The notes beneath the pieces are model-generated. The model was not told the origin of the DNA, did not search any database, and saw only the letters and a program-made list of their open reading frames with translations. The position numbers were made by a program, and so were the translations under genes. This document shows, in pieces, positions 46,312-56,190 of a DNA stretch of 64,000 nt. Each line of letters starts with the position of its first letter. Position 1 is the first letter of the stretch. The DNA is taken from positions 225 to 64,224 of the forward strand of contig CANQEM010000006.1 in assembly GCA_947594935.1 (NCBI GenBank). The letters run 5' to 3'. The stretch comes from an uncultured Clostridia bacterium. GTDB taxonomy: Bacteria; Bacillota; Clostridia; TANB77; CAG-508.

Positions 46312-48078
46312 ATGGTAAAGGATGATTCAATACTAGAAGAATTAGAAAAAGAAGTAAAAAAACAGAAAAAAACGACTACTAAAACAACACAAAAAACTAC
46401 TCAAACACAGTCAAAGCCAAAAGCAAAATCAAGTGAAAATAAATCTGAAAAATCTGAGAAACCTGTAAAAAAAGCTACGGCTACTGAGGTTAAGCCAAAA
46501 GAAACTGCTAAGCCTAAAAAAGAGCCTATTCCAGAGCGAGTTGAACTTGAAGCTTCCAAAGAAATTATAGACACACCAAAAGAGCCAGAAAAAAAGGATA
46601 CAGAGCAAAAATTTGAACAAGTAAAAGTTTCTGCTCCCACAAATAAACTACATATTTTTTTAATTTGCTTATGTGTTTTTCTAGCAATCATTTTAGTAAG
46701 TTTTATTTGTTTTACTTTGATAAATTCAAATAGCAAAACTATTGTATCTGGTGTATATGTTCATCGTTTTGATGTTTCAAGGCTAAATAAAGAAGATGCT
46801 GTTTCATCAGTAAATAATAGTATTTCTTCAAGTATTCCAGAAGAAATTAAACTTTTCTATAAAGATTTTGAGACAACTATACCAACGGCAGATTTAAATA
46901 TTGCTTTTGACAGTGCATCAGCAGTAAATCAAGCCTATACAGTTGGTAGAACTGGTAATCTTTTAGAAAATGATATTGAAGTTTTAAAAACTTTATTTGC
47001 AAATGTACATATTGACCCTCAAATGTCTTTTAATGAAGATGTTTTAAAAACAAATTTGCAAAATTTATCTTCAAAATTGCCAGATTGTTTAATTGAAAGC
47101 AGTTATTATCTTGAAGGTAATAAGCTGATTTTAACAAAAGGTAGAACTGGTAGTGTTATTGATGTTGAACAAACTTTGCTTTCAATAAAAGAGCATATTC
47201 AAAATTTAGATTTAGAGAATAGCATTGAAATTTCTACTTATGAACAAGACCCAAAGCCTTTGGATATCGACCAAATTCATAATGAATTATATGTTGAGCC
47301 AAAAGATGCTTATTTCACCAAAGACCCTTATAGCTTGTTCCCTAGTGAAAATGGAATTGATTTTGCAATTACTGTTGATGAAGTTAAAAATATGTTAAAT
47401 GAGGAAAAAGAAGAATATGAAATACCTTTAAAAATTTTAGCTCCAAATGTTACTACAAACATGCTAGGTAGAGAGGCTTTCCCACATTTATTATCTACAT
47501 TTTCAACTTCTTATTCTACTCGTGATAAAGATAGAACAACAAATTTAATTCTTGCAGCAAATAAAATAAATGGTACTGTTTTGATGCCTGGCGAGACTTT
47601 TTCATATAATAAGGTCGTTGGTGAAAGAACCATTGCTGCTGGTTACCGCAAAGCTCCAGTTTATGTTAGTGGGCAAGTTGTAGATGATGTTGGAGGCGGT
47701 ATTTGCCAAATTACAACCACTTTATACAATGCTGCTTTATATGCAAATTTGGAAATAGTTGAAAGAAGTAACCATCAATTTGTAACTTCTTATGCGGCAG
47801 CTAGCCGAGATGCAACTGTTGTGTATGGTGCTATTGATTTTAAATTTAAAAATAACCGCAATTACCCAATAAAATTGATTTGCTCTGTTGCTAATGGAAC
47901 TGCCAATTTCCAAATTCTTGGTTTGAAAACTGATCAAGATTATTCCGTAGATATAACTAATCGTGTAACAAAAACAACCGCAACTTCTATTTATTCAGAG
48001 GCATATAAAACTTTAAAGCAAAATGGTAAAGTTGTTGGAACATATTTACTTTCAAAAGATATTTATAAAAGACATTAA
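46312..48078 (+). CDS. VanW family protein with Lys/Thr-rich N-terminal tail and a single TM helix
   Basis: VanW core FSYNKVVGERT...GGGICQITTTLYNAA...ERSNH. Confidence 0.85.
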   Translation: MVKDDSILEELEKEVKKQKKTTTKTTQKTTQTQSKPKAKSSENKSEKSEKPVKKATATEVKPKETAKPKKEPIPERVELEASKEIIDTPKEPEKKDTEQKFEQVKVSAPTNKLHIFLICLCVFLAIILVSFICFTLINSNSKTIVSGVYVHRFDVSRLNKEDAVSSVNNSISSSIPEEIKLFYKDFETTIPTADLNIAFDSASAVNQAYTVGRTGNLLENDIEVLKTLFANVHIDPQMSFNEDVLKTNLQNLSSKLPDCLIESSYYLEGNKLILTKGRTGSVIDVEQTLLSIKEHIQNLDLENSIEISTYEQDPKPLDIDQIHNELYVEPKDAYFTKDPYSLFPSENGIDFAITVDEVKNMLNEEKEEYEIPLKILAPNVTTNMLGREAFPHLLSTFSTSYSTRDKDRTTNLILAANKINGTVLMPGETFSYNKVVGERTIAAGYRKAPVYVSGQVVDDVGGGICQITTTLYNAALYANLEIVERSNHQFVTSYAAASRDATVVYGAIDFKFKNNRNYPIKLICSVANGTANFQILGLKTDQDYSVDITNRVTKTTATSIYSEAYKTLKQNGKVVGTYLLSKDIYKRH

Positions 48079-48103
48079 AAAAAGTAGCATTGCTACTTTT
48101 TTT
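48077..48103. terminator. Bidirectional terminator (aaagtagca-t-tgctacttt)
   Basis: 9-bp stem between convergent genes. Confidence 0.75.
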
Positions 48104-49475
48104 ACATTGTTAGAACTCCATTAGGTGTGTCTTTGATAACTAAAATATCTTCTTCCCTACCGTTTTCAGCATTTATATAAACTAAAAATTCAGTTTCTTC
48201 AACTTTTCCTTTAAATTCATAACATAAGATTTCTGTTTTCCATTCAGTTGGAATATATGCCAGTCCTTCACTTTCAATATTTAACTTTTTATTTAAAGTT
48301 TGTTTTGCTTGTTCTTTTGTGATTTTAACTTTTGAAAGGTCCCTTTCTGTATGGTTATTTAAATATCCGGTTGTTTCTATCCCTAAAATTTCACCATTAT
48401 CTAAGGCAATTTTTACTTTTATTAAATCTGGATACATTACTACATCATCTTGATTGTATGCGTAATTAACTGTCATTATTCCGTTTTGTGTTAAGAAGTA
48501 AGTTTCTTTCATATTTGTAAAGCCTTTTTGTGCAATAAAGTCTTTCCCTGCTTGGTTTGCCTGTTCTTGTGAAATAATTTCAGAAGTTACTTCCCTATCA
48601 TAATTCATATAAATTACATGTCCACCTTTTTGTGAAACTGCAATATTTATATTTTCATCTTCTTTTGTTGTAATTGAAAATGTATATGCTTTTATTGTTG
48701 AATTTTCTGAACTTCCTAGGTTAGAAACTTCTTTTATTTTATCTTTTCCAATAAATTCAGAAGCTATTTCCTTGGCTTTTTCTTCATCTACATCTTCACC
48801 AGTTAAGGCTTTTGGCTGTTCATTTGTTAAATGTTCAGAAAAAGCTCCGTCATAGATTAGCCCTGAATATTCATGAAAGTTTTCTTCTAAATTGCTAAAA
48901 CCATCTTGGCTTACTGTGCTTACTTGCTGCGCAAATGCTACATTTCCTTTTTTAGTTAGTTCTCCCCAAGAAATTCTTCCATTATTTATATCTTCTGAAA
49001 GCTGATTTAAAGTATTTTGAAGCTCAACACTATATCCATGTAAATTTTCTAAATTGTCTAAATCTTCTTGTGACAAGCTTTCATCATATATATTTTTTCG
49101 TGATAGTGCATAACTATAATCACTAACTTGGTTTAAAAATTTTTGCGTATTTTCAAGTTCTTGACTTTCAATCGGTAAACGTGCTAAATATGTTTGTGCC
49201 ATATTTGCTTCTCTCCATAGGTTTGTTAAGGTTTCTGCGCCTTGCTCAGGTGTAGTAGAAATTACTGATTTTGCTAAGTATGTTTCAACATTGCTAACAT
49301 AGTCAACTAATTCATAAAAAGCCATGTTATATGTGTTTTCTGACACTTGCTTTGCTTCACGCTGTTTTTGATATAAGAGTATGCCTAAGATGATTATTAT
49401 CAAGAAGAAAACTCCTATTACACTAAGCATGTGCCCTTTTTTTAATCTATTTATCCAGTCTTTAATTTTGTTCAT
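48102..49475 (-). CDS. ypeB: Germination protein YpeB
   Basis: N-terminal TM, YpeB-type helical region, C-terminal PepSY repeats; start probably ATG 49475 (RBS AGGAAGG) rather than 49499. Confidence 0.75.
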   Translation of the reverse strand: MNKIKDWINRLKKGHMLSVIGVFFLIIIILGILLYQKQREAKQVSENTYNMAFYELVDYVSNVETYLAKSVISTTPEQGAETLTNLWREANMAQTYLARLPIESQELENTQKFLNQVSDYSYALSRKNIYDESLSQEDLDNLENLHGYSVELQNTLNQLSEDINNGRISWGELTKKGNVAFAQQVSTVSQDGFSNLEENFHEYSGLIYDGAFSEHLTNEQPKALTGEDVDEEKAKEIASEFIGKDKIKEVSNLGSSENSTIKAYTFSITTKEDENINIAVSQKGGHVIYMNYDREVTSEIISQEQANQAGKDFIAQKGFTNMKETYFLTQNGIMTVNYAYNQDDVVMYPDLIKVKIALDNGEILGIETTGYLNNHTERDLSKVKITKEQAKQTLNKKLNIESEGLAYIPTEWKTEILCYEFKGKVEETEFLVYINAENGREEDILVIKDTPNGVLTM

Positions 49476-49599
49476 TTTAAAATTTACCTTCCTATTCATT
49501 AAAATTCATCTATATTTTGGCTTTTTTTGAAAAAAATATACCAGTTTTTCTAAAATATGTTATAATAAAGCAAAAGATATAAAAATTATGGAGGTATTG

Positions 49600-50724
49600 A
49601 TGAAGGTTTTAATATTTTACGCATCTTATGGTGGAGGGCATTTAAATGCTGCAAAATCCATTGATTCAACTTTAAGAAGTCTTAATTCAAACCTAGATAT
49701 TGAATTGATTGACTGCATGAAATATGTGAATATAACAATAGAAAAGCTTACAACTGCCGCATATAGGCAAATGGCTAAGAAGTTGCCTTGGGCTTGGGGA
49801 AGAATCTATTCAGATTCACAAAAGGGTCCATTAGCTCATATTTCAAGTAGAGCAAATAAAATTATGGCTATTAAATTATTAAGGCTTTTACGCGAAAAAA
49901 AGCCAGATTTGATAATATCTACACATCCTTTTGGTAGTCAAATGTGCAGTTACTTAAAACGCAAAGGCAAAATTGGAAGTAAAATTGCAACGATAATGAC
50001 AGATTTTGCACCACATGACCAGTGGCTTGTTGGGAGTGATTATACTGATTATTTTTTTGTTGCTCATGATAAAATGAAAAACTATTTAATTGGAAAAAAT
50101 ATTCCTAGTGAAAAGGTTTTTGCAACTGGTATTCCGATTTCTGAAAGATTTTTGCAAAAGTTTAATAGAAAAGAAATTTTAGATTCTTACGGCTTAAATG
50201 AAAATTTGAAAACTGTTCTATTTTTTGCTGGTGGCGAATTTGGTTTAGGGAAGTCACGAACATTAGAAATTTTTGAAAGTTTAATTACTAATATTGATGG
50301 TATTCAAGTGATTGCCATTAGTGGTAAAAACGAAAAAATCAAGACCTCTTTTAATGAAATTGTTGAAAAGCATAAAAAGGAAAATACTGTTAAAGTATTA
50401 CCTTTTACAAATCAAGTTCCTGAATTGATGTCAATTTCTGATTTAGTTGTTACTAAACCTGGTGGGTTGACTACATCTGAAAGCTTAGCTTCTAATTTGC
50501 CTATGGTTGTTATAAATCCTATTCCAGGTCAAGAAGAAGAAAATGCAGAATTCTTAGAAAGTAAAGGAATTGCTGTTTGGCTTAAAAAAACTGATAACCC
50601 AAAAACTGTTTTCCAAGAGTTATTTTCAAATTCAGAACAGTTAACGCAGATGAAGGAAAATACAAAACTACTTGCTAAGCCTTATTCTTCTGAAACAATT
50701 TGCAAAATTTTATTAAAAATTTAA
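49600..50724 (+). CDS. MGDG-synthase-family (GT28) diacylglycerol glycosyltransferase, UgtP-like
   Basis: MKVLIFYASYGGGH N-terminus and C-terminal TKPGGLTTSE motif; ATG 49600 after GGAGG. Confidence 0.8.
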   Translation: MKVLIFYASYGGGHLNAAKSIDSTLRSLNSNLDIELIDCMKYVNITIEKLTTAAYRQMAKKLPWAWGRIYSDSQKGPLAHISSRANKIMAIKLLRLLREKKPDLIISTHPFGSQMCSYLKRKGKIGSKIATIMTDFAPHDQWLVGSDYTDYFFVAHDKMKNYLIGKNIPSEKVFATGIPISERFLQKFNRKEILDSYGLNENLKTVLFFAGGEFGLGKSRTLEIFESLITNIDGIQVIAISGKNEKIKTSFNEIVEKHKKENTVKVLPFTNQVPELMSISDLVVTKPGGLTTSESLASNLPMVVINPIPGQEEENAEFLESKGIAVWLKKTDNPKTVFQELFSNSEQLTQMKENTKLLAKPYSSETICKILLKI

Positions 50725-50752
50725 AAGGTAACTATTTTAATTTAGTTACCTT

Positions 50753-51352
50753 TTAAATTTCTCTCCTGCCTTCTAAAGCTTTTGTTAAAGTTATTTCATC
50801 TGTATATTCTAAGTCTCCACCAACTGGAATTCCATGAGCTATTCTTGTTACTTTTATGCCTAGTGGTTTTATCAGTTTTGATAAATACATTGCTGTTGCT
50901 TCGCCTTCTACTCTTGGGTTTGTAGCTAAAATCACTTCTTTGACTTGCCCTTCCATAAGTCTGCTAAGCAGTTCTTTTATTTTTATATCGTCTGGTCCAA
51001 CACCATTCATTGGCGAAATTGAGCCATGTAGCACATGATACACTCCCTTGAATTCATGTGTTTTTTCCATTGCAATAATGTCTCTTACATCTTCTACAAC
51101 GCAAATTAAACTTGCGTCTCTCTTAGGGTTTGAGCATATTGAGCATGGGTCAGTGTCTGAAATATTAAAACATTTACTGCAATATTTTAAGTTTTGTTTA
51201 GCTTCCACAATAGATTTTACAAATTGCTCTGTTTCTTCTTGTGAACAGTTTAACATGTAAAAGGCAAGCCTAGCAGCAGTTTTATGACCTATACTAGGTA
51301 GCCTTTCAAAGCTTTCAATTAGCTTTTCAATTGATGGTGAATATAGTGACAT
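50753..51352 (-). CDS. recR: Recombination protein RecR
   Basis: HhH N-terminus, C4 zinc finger CSKCFN...CSIC, Toprim domain. Confidence 0.93.
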   Translation of the reverse strand: MSLYSPSIEKLIESFERLPSIGHKTAARLAFYMLNCSQEETEQFVKSIVEAKQNLKYCSKCFNISDTDPCSICSNPKRDASLICVVEDVRDIIAMEKTHEFKGVYHVLHGSISPMNGVGPDDIKIKELLSRLMEGQVKEVILATNPRVEGEATAMYLSKLIKPLGIKVTRIAHGIPVGGDLEYTDEITLTKALEGRREI

Positions 51353-51371
51353 TTATATTTCCTCGTTTCTT

Positions 51372-51716
51372 TTACATAAGTCCTGGTATGTTGAATTTAC
51401 CAAGTTCTGCTGATTGTGCACTGTCTACTTTTCTAAGTGCTTCATTTATACAAGTCAATATTAAGTCTTCTAACATTTCAACATCATCTGGGTCAACAAC
51501 ATCTTTTTGTATTTTGATTTCTTTTAAAAATTTCTGTCCTGACACTTTTACTTGAATTGCACCCCCACCAGCCGTTGCGTCAAATTCTTTTTGTGCTAAT
51601 TCTTCTTGTGATTTTTCCATATCTGCTTGAATTTTTTTGGCTTCTTTCATCAAATTGTTGATGTTCATGCCACCAAAACCTCCCATTCCACCTGGGAAAC
51701 CTCCTCTTTTTGACAT
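51372..51716 (-). CDS. ybaB: Nucleoid-associated protein YbaB/EbfC
   Basis: About 114 aa with the typical GG-rich N-terminus; dnaX-ybaB-recR synteny. Confidence 0.9.
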   Translation of the reverse strand: MSKRGGFPGGMGGFGGMNINNLMKEAKKIQADMEKSQEELAQKEFDATAGGGAIQVKVSGQKFLKEIKIQKDVVDPDDVEMLEDLILTCINEALRKVDSAQSAELGKFNIPGLM

Positions 51717-51731
51717 TCTAATCTCTCCTTT

Positions 51732-53274
51732 CTAATCAATTATATTAAATGGTATGTCTGATGCGTTAGCAATATCTTGCAAACTTGTTTCTATTGAAGG
51801 TTCTTCTGCCTTTTGGGCTTTGTTTTCAATATATTTTACCTGCATTGGTTTGCCACATACATTTGAAACTAGGTTTTCTACTTCTTTTACATTTTCTTGT
51901 TTTTCTAAAACTGCCTTACCAAAAGGTGTAATTTCTTTATTAAATTGAATTCCAACTGTTATGTCATTTAGCTCTGTTGCTTGTGTTCCTACTAAATTTG
52001 TGTATAAAACTATTTTGCCATTATTTTTCAAGTTTGTTACTATTTTAGGCCATTCTTTTGATATATTTCCTGGTTTGCCAAAATTTGCTTCAACTTTTGG
52101 CATTGCTTTTGGTTTAGGTTTTTCCTGTGCCTGTGATTGTGGAGCTTTTTGCATAGTTGGCGCAGTTGGTTTTTGTATATTTTGAGGCTGTTCTACTACG
52201 TTTGCACATAATTTTATTATTCCAGCTTGGAAAATTATACTTTTACCGAGTTGCCCATTTTAAGCTGTTTTGTAATTCTGATAATTGATAAATTAGTTCT
52301 ACTAAGCGCTCTTTTCCTACATTTTGTGCCATAGCTTTTATTTGCTCTTTTTCTTCGTCATTATATAATTCTATTTTTTTAGATGTTTTAAAAACTAGTA
52401 CATCTTTTGTATATTTTATCATTTCCCACAAAAAGTTTTCTAAGTCTTTTCCTTGATTTATGATTTCATTTGTGATTTCAATTGCATTTTCTACACTATA
52501 TGATGTTATTGCCTGCATAATTCGATTAACAAAATCAAATTTTGGAATTCCTACTAAATCTTTTATTTTATCTTCATCAATTTTGTTATCTCCATCTTGT
52601 ATACATCTTTCAAGAATTGATAGAGCGTCTCTCATTGCCCCTTCTGCTAAAACAGCTATCATAAGCAAGGCGCTTTCTGTGGCTTCAATATTACTTTCAT
52701 CGCAAACAATTTTTAGTCTTTTGACAATGTCTTCATTTGATATTCGCTTAAAGTCAAAACGTTGACATCTAGATAAAATTGTTGCTGGTAATTTTTGTGG
52801 TTCAGTTGTTGCTAGAATAAATTTAACATGTTCTGGTGGTTCTTCAAGGGTTTTCAATAATGCGTTAAATGCACCTACTGAAAGCATGTGTACCTCGTCA
52901 ATTATATATACTCTATATTTTGCTTTTGTTGGTAAAAAGTTGACTTCTTCTCTAATTGCTCTAACATCTTCTACACTATTATTAGAAGCTGCATCCATTT
53001 CTACAATGTCTGTTAGTGAGCCATTTAGAGCTGCTTTGCAAATTTCACATTCATTACATGGTTCTCCGTCTTTTGGGTTTAGGCAATTGATTGCTCTTGC
53101 CAGAATTTTGGCTGATGAGGTTTTTCCTGTTCCTCTACCACCATTAAATAAGTACGCATGTCCTACACGGTTTGCCATGATTTGATTTTTTAGTGTTCTT
53201 GTTATGTGTTCTTGACCTACTAATTCTGCAAATGTAGTTGGTCTAAATTTTCGATAAAGTGCTGTATACCCCAT
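51732..53274 (-). CDS. dnaX: DNA polymerase III subunit gamma/tau, interrupted by a frame break at 52243-52262 (ORFs 52243..53274 and 51732..~52259)
   Basis: AAA+ clamp-loader motifs GGRGTGKTS, IIDEVHML, SRCQRF; the downstream frame is open from 52259 and reads ...GKSIIFQAGIIKLC..., continuing domain III. Confidence 0.9.
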
Positions 53275-53317
53275 TATCTTCATCCCTTCCTACGCTTACT
53301 TAAATTGCACTAATAGT

Positions 53318-53464
53318 TGGAAAATGGCAGATTGCCTTCCATCTCTCTATGGAAAGTATTCCACATAAAAGATTCTACTTATTGCTGCTTCCTTCCGGAC
53401 CTGACAAGGTTCATAGGCTTTTATTGGATACTCTCCATACAAAGATGGATGTTCTCTACCATTT
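53318..53464 (-). ncRNA. ffs: Signal recognition particle RNA (small 4.5S-like form; ends approximate)
   Basis: Minus strand contains GUCAGGUCCGGAAGGAAGCAGC (53405..53384); 5' AAAUGGUAG pairs with 3' CUGCCAUUU; long helix between them; promoter TTGTCA-18-TATAAT at 53497..53468; conserved position upstream of dnaX. Confidence 0.85.
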
Positions 53465-53514
53465 GCTATTATATACTATAAAACTTGCTTTTGACAAGTG
53501 TTTTTTATAAAGTT

Positions 53515-54288
53515 TTAAGGTTTTTGCCTTTTAAACACAAATTTTTCAGTATCTGTAATTTCCTCTGATGCTGTTCCTTGTTCAATTACATTTTTTAATG
53601 GTAAATCAAGGGAAATTGTGCTTTTAAAAGATTTTAATGATTGTAGTTTTATTGTTAAATCAAATTGCAAATTTGCTTGTAAATCTTCCTGTGTTACATC
53701 CGCTTTTTGTAGTAATTCATTATAGTTTATCCCATTTCCATCAACCTGTGCTTGATATTCTATATCACATTGTGCGATGTCTTGGTTAGCTAGTCTTAAT
53801 ACTAAAAGCCCACCTTGGTTTGTAATTTTTAGGTTTTTCATATCAGAGTTGTTTGATACTTCGTAGTTAAATGTATTTGTTTCTAATTCTTCTTTGTTTG
53901 AAAAAATCGTATCTGTGCTTGCTGCATCTGGTTTATATATGTGCAATGAACCTTTTTCGTTGTTTTTACTCATTTTTATATTGTCAATTGTTATGCCTTC
54001 TATTGCTTCTATTCCTTGATATTCTGCATTTTTTTCGATATATAAATATATGTCGTTATTTTGGTCGATGTTAAAGTGCATATTGTTTTCACTGTTTTTT
54101 TCAGATTTTCCTTCTGCTGAGCTTATAATTGATATTTTTGAAAGTTTAAATGGCATATTTGTTTCACCTTCAACAGAATATCTAAGTACAACAAAGCCTA
54201 GTAAAACAAGCATGATAAATACAATACCTAATAAAATAGCAATATGAAAAGATTTTCTATTCATCATCCTTTGTAATTCTTGCTTCAT
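53515..54288 (-). CDS. Membrane-anchored hypothetical protein
   Basis: One N-terminal TM helix; 4-nt overlap with tadA; no motif recognised. Confidence 0.4.
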   Translation of the reverse strand: MKQELQRMMNRKSFHIAILLGIVFIMLVLLGFVVLRYSVEGETNMPFKLSKISIISSAEGKSEKNSENNMHFNIDQNNDIYLYIEKNAEYQGIEAIEGITIDNIKMSKNNEKGSLHIYKPDAASTDTIFSNKEELETNTFNYEVSNNSDMKNLKITNQGGLLVLRLANQDIAQCDIEYQAQVDGNGINYNELLQKADVTQEDLQANLQFDLTIKLQSLKSFKSTISLDLPLKNVIEQGTASEEITDTEKFVFKRQKP

Positions 54289-54743
54289 TTATTTCTCCTT
54301 TTCCTTAGTTGTTTGAAAAATTGTTTTAAAATCGCTTCACATTCTTCTTGTAATACTCCGTCTTGATATTCTACTTTATGATTAAAAGTATAGTCTTCTA
54401 ATAGATTAAATACTGAGCCTACGGCTCCGGTCTTTTCGTCTTTTGTTCCATAATATAAATTACGGATTCTGGAATTTATAATTGCTCCTGCACACATTGA
54501 GCATGGCTCTAATGTAACATACATGTCACAGTCAAGCAATCTCCATGATTGTAGTTTTTTACTGGCTTTTTGGATTGCTAGAATTTCTGCATGGTTTGTT
54601 GTGTCATTTTTAGTTTCTTTTAAATTGTGAGCTCTTGCTATTATTTTGTCATCTTTTACGATAACACATCCAACTGGTACTTCATCTTTATCGTATGCTT
54701 TTTTTGCTTCTTTTAGAGCTTCTTTCATGAATTTTTCCTGCAT
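54285..54743 (-). CDS. tadA: tRNA adenosine(34) deaminase
   Basis: CMP/dCMP deaminase zinc motifs HAEILAI and PCSMCAGA. Confidence 0.92.
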   Translation of the reverse strand: MQEKFMKEALKEAKKAYDKDEVPVGCVIVKDDKIIARAHNLKETKNDTTNHAEILAIQKASKKLQSWRLLDCDMYVTLEPCSMCAGAIINSRIRNLYYGTKDEKTGAVGSVFNLLEDYTFNHKVEYQDGVLQEECEAILKQFFKQLRKRRNK

Positions 54744-54763
54744 TTTTATTACCCCAATTTTTG

Positions 54764-54842
54764 TGGTGTCCCCGAGTGGAATCGAACCACCGACAGACCG
54801 GACTTAGGAGGTCCGCGCTCTATCCAACTGAGCTACGAGGAC
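54764..54842 (-). tRNA. tRNA-Arg (anticodon CCU)
   Basis: Minus strand GTCCTCGTAGCTCAGTTGGATAGAGCGCGGACCTCCTAAGTCCG...GGTTCGATTCC...CGGGGACACCA folds as a cloverleaf; encoded CCA; promoter TTGTAA-17-TACAAT upstream. Confidence 0.9.
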
Positions 54843-54949
54843 ATTTTTTCCACCACTATTGTAACACAATATCTATAATTTTACAAGATAGAAATTTTTT
54901 ATTTTCACATAACTCATATTTTTTATTTTGATAGAATAATTTTTATTAG

Positions 54950-55555
54950 GTGATTATTGTGTTAAATATGGTTTGGCCTATTTTCATTATTTGTTCTTTT
55001 TTATTTGCTATGTTTTCTGGGCATATCGAGGAATTAAATCAGTCGATTTTTTCAAGCACTGAGGAAACTATTAGTTTATGTATGACTCTGCTTGGCACTA
55101 TTTGTTTGTGGAACGGAATAATGAAAATTGCTTCAAAGACTACTTTAATTAAAAAATTAACACATTTTTTAGGTCCTCTTATCAATAAATTATTTCCAGA
55201 ATTGAAGGATGATGAAAAAATAAAAAACGAAATATCTATGAATATGGTTGCAAATATCTTAGGGTTAGGAAATGCTACTACTCCTTTGGGAATACAAGCT
55301 ATGAAGTCTATGCAGACAAAGAATAATGATAAAAAAACTTTAACTAATTCTATGGCTACTTTGATTGTTTTAAACACCGCTTCTATTCAGCTTATCCCAA
55401 CAACAGTAATCGCAATTAGAACTTCGCTTGGTTCAAGCAATCCCACAAGTATCATTTTTCCAGTTTGGATAGCCACTGTATTTGCTGCTTTTACTGGAAT
55501 TGTTGCTACAAAATTATTTATAAAGTTTGAAAATCGTTTTAGAAAGGGGCATTAA
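54950..55555 (+). CDS. spmA: Spore maturation protein A (nucleoside-recognition domain)
   Basis: About 195 aa polytopic protein with LGLGNATTPLG motif; start uncertain (GTG 54950, GTG 54959 or ATG 54968). Confidence 0.8.
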   Translation: MIIVLNMVWPIFIICSFLFAMFSGHIEELNQSIFSSTEETISLCMTLLGTICLWNGIMKIASKTTLIKKLTHFLGPLINKLFPELKDDEKIKNEISMNMVANILGLGNATTPLGIQAMKSMQTKNNDKKTLTNSMATLIVLNTASIQLIPTTVIAIRTSLGSSNPTSIIFPVWIATVFAAFTGIVATKLFIKFENRFRKGH

Positions 55556-55556
55556 A

Positions 55557-56087
55557 ATGCAAATTATATATTTTTTCTCAAACCTTGCAATGCCTCTTGT
55601 CATACTAATTATTGTGCTATATGCTTTTATTCAAAAAATTAAAATATTTGATACTTTTTTATTCGGGGCAAAAGAAGGTGTTGATATTGTTATTGCGATT
55701 TTTCCAACTTTGATTGGCTTGTTTTTAGCTGTTTCTGCTTTAAGAAGTTCTGGAATTTTAGACTTTGCTATAAACATTGTTTCACCAATTTTAAGTAAAT
55801 TTCATTTTCCAACAGATATAATGCCATTAGCCTTAATTAGACCAATTTCTGGTAGTAGTGCTATTGCTGTGGCAACTGATATTATGAAAACTTTTGGTGT
55901 TGATAGTCAAATTGGCATGATGGCTGCTGTTATTATGGGGTCAACTGAAACTACTTTATATACAATTGCTGTTTACACTTCGAGCATAGGAATAAAAAAT
56001 ACTAGATTTGTTTTATGGGCTGCTTTATTAGCTGATTTTGTTGGGATTTTGACTAGTATTATTGTTTGTAATTTGCTAAATTTTTGA
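55557..56087 (+). CDS. spmB: Spore maturation protein B
   Basis: About 176 aa polytopic protein paired with spmA; ATG 55557 after AAAGGGG. Confidence 0.8.
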   Translation: MQIIYFFSNLAMPLVILIIVLYAFIQKIKIFDTFLFGAKEGVDIVIAIFPTLIGLFLAVSALRSSGILDFAINIVSPILSKFHFPTDIMPLALIRPISGSSAIAVATDIMKTFGVDSQIGMMAAVIMGSTETTLYTIAVYTSSIGIKNTRFVLWAALLADFVGILTSIIVCNLLNF

Positions 56088-56135
56088 CAATTTTGTATTT
56101 TATAACGCTTGCAACTCTTGGTTTTTCGGAGCTTT

Positions 56136-56190
56136 TGTCGATTTTTGTCGAAAAGTTTTTCTTGACAAATAGATACCTCGCTTGTATAAT
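56136..56190 (+). promoter_or_regulatory. Two Spo0A (0A) boxes TGTCGAT/TGTCGAA (56136-56152) upstream of the SigA promoter TTGACA (56162-56167)-17-TATAAT (56185-56190)
   Basis: 0A-box consensus TGTCGAA; the 16-mer tgtcgatttttgtcga is shared with 59838-59853. Confidence 0.6.

Noticed and set aside
52243-52262. E. coli-type programmed -1 frameshift signal in dnaX
   Set aside because: There is no A AAA AAG-like slippery heptamer. The required shift is +1 (or a deletion of one nt), not -1. I saw no obvious downstream stem-loop.
54285-54842. Functional link between tadA and the adjacent tRNA-Arg gene
   Set aside because: TadA edits A34 of tRNA-Arg(ACG), but this tRNA reads as anticodon CCU and has no A34. 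The adjacency is probably coincidental.
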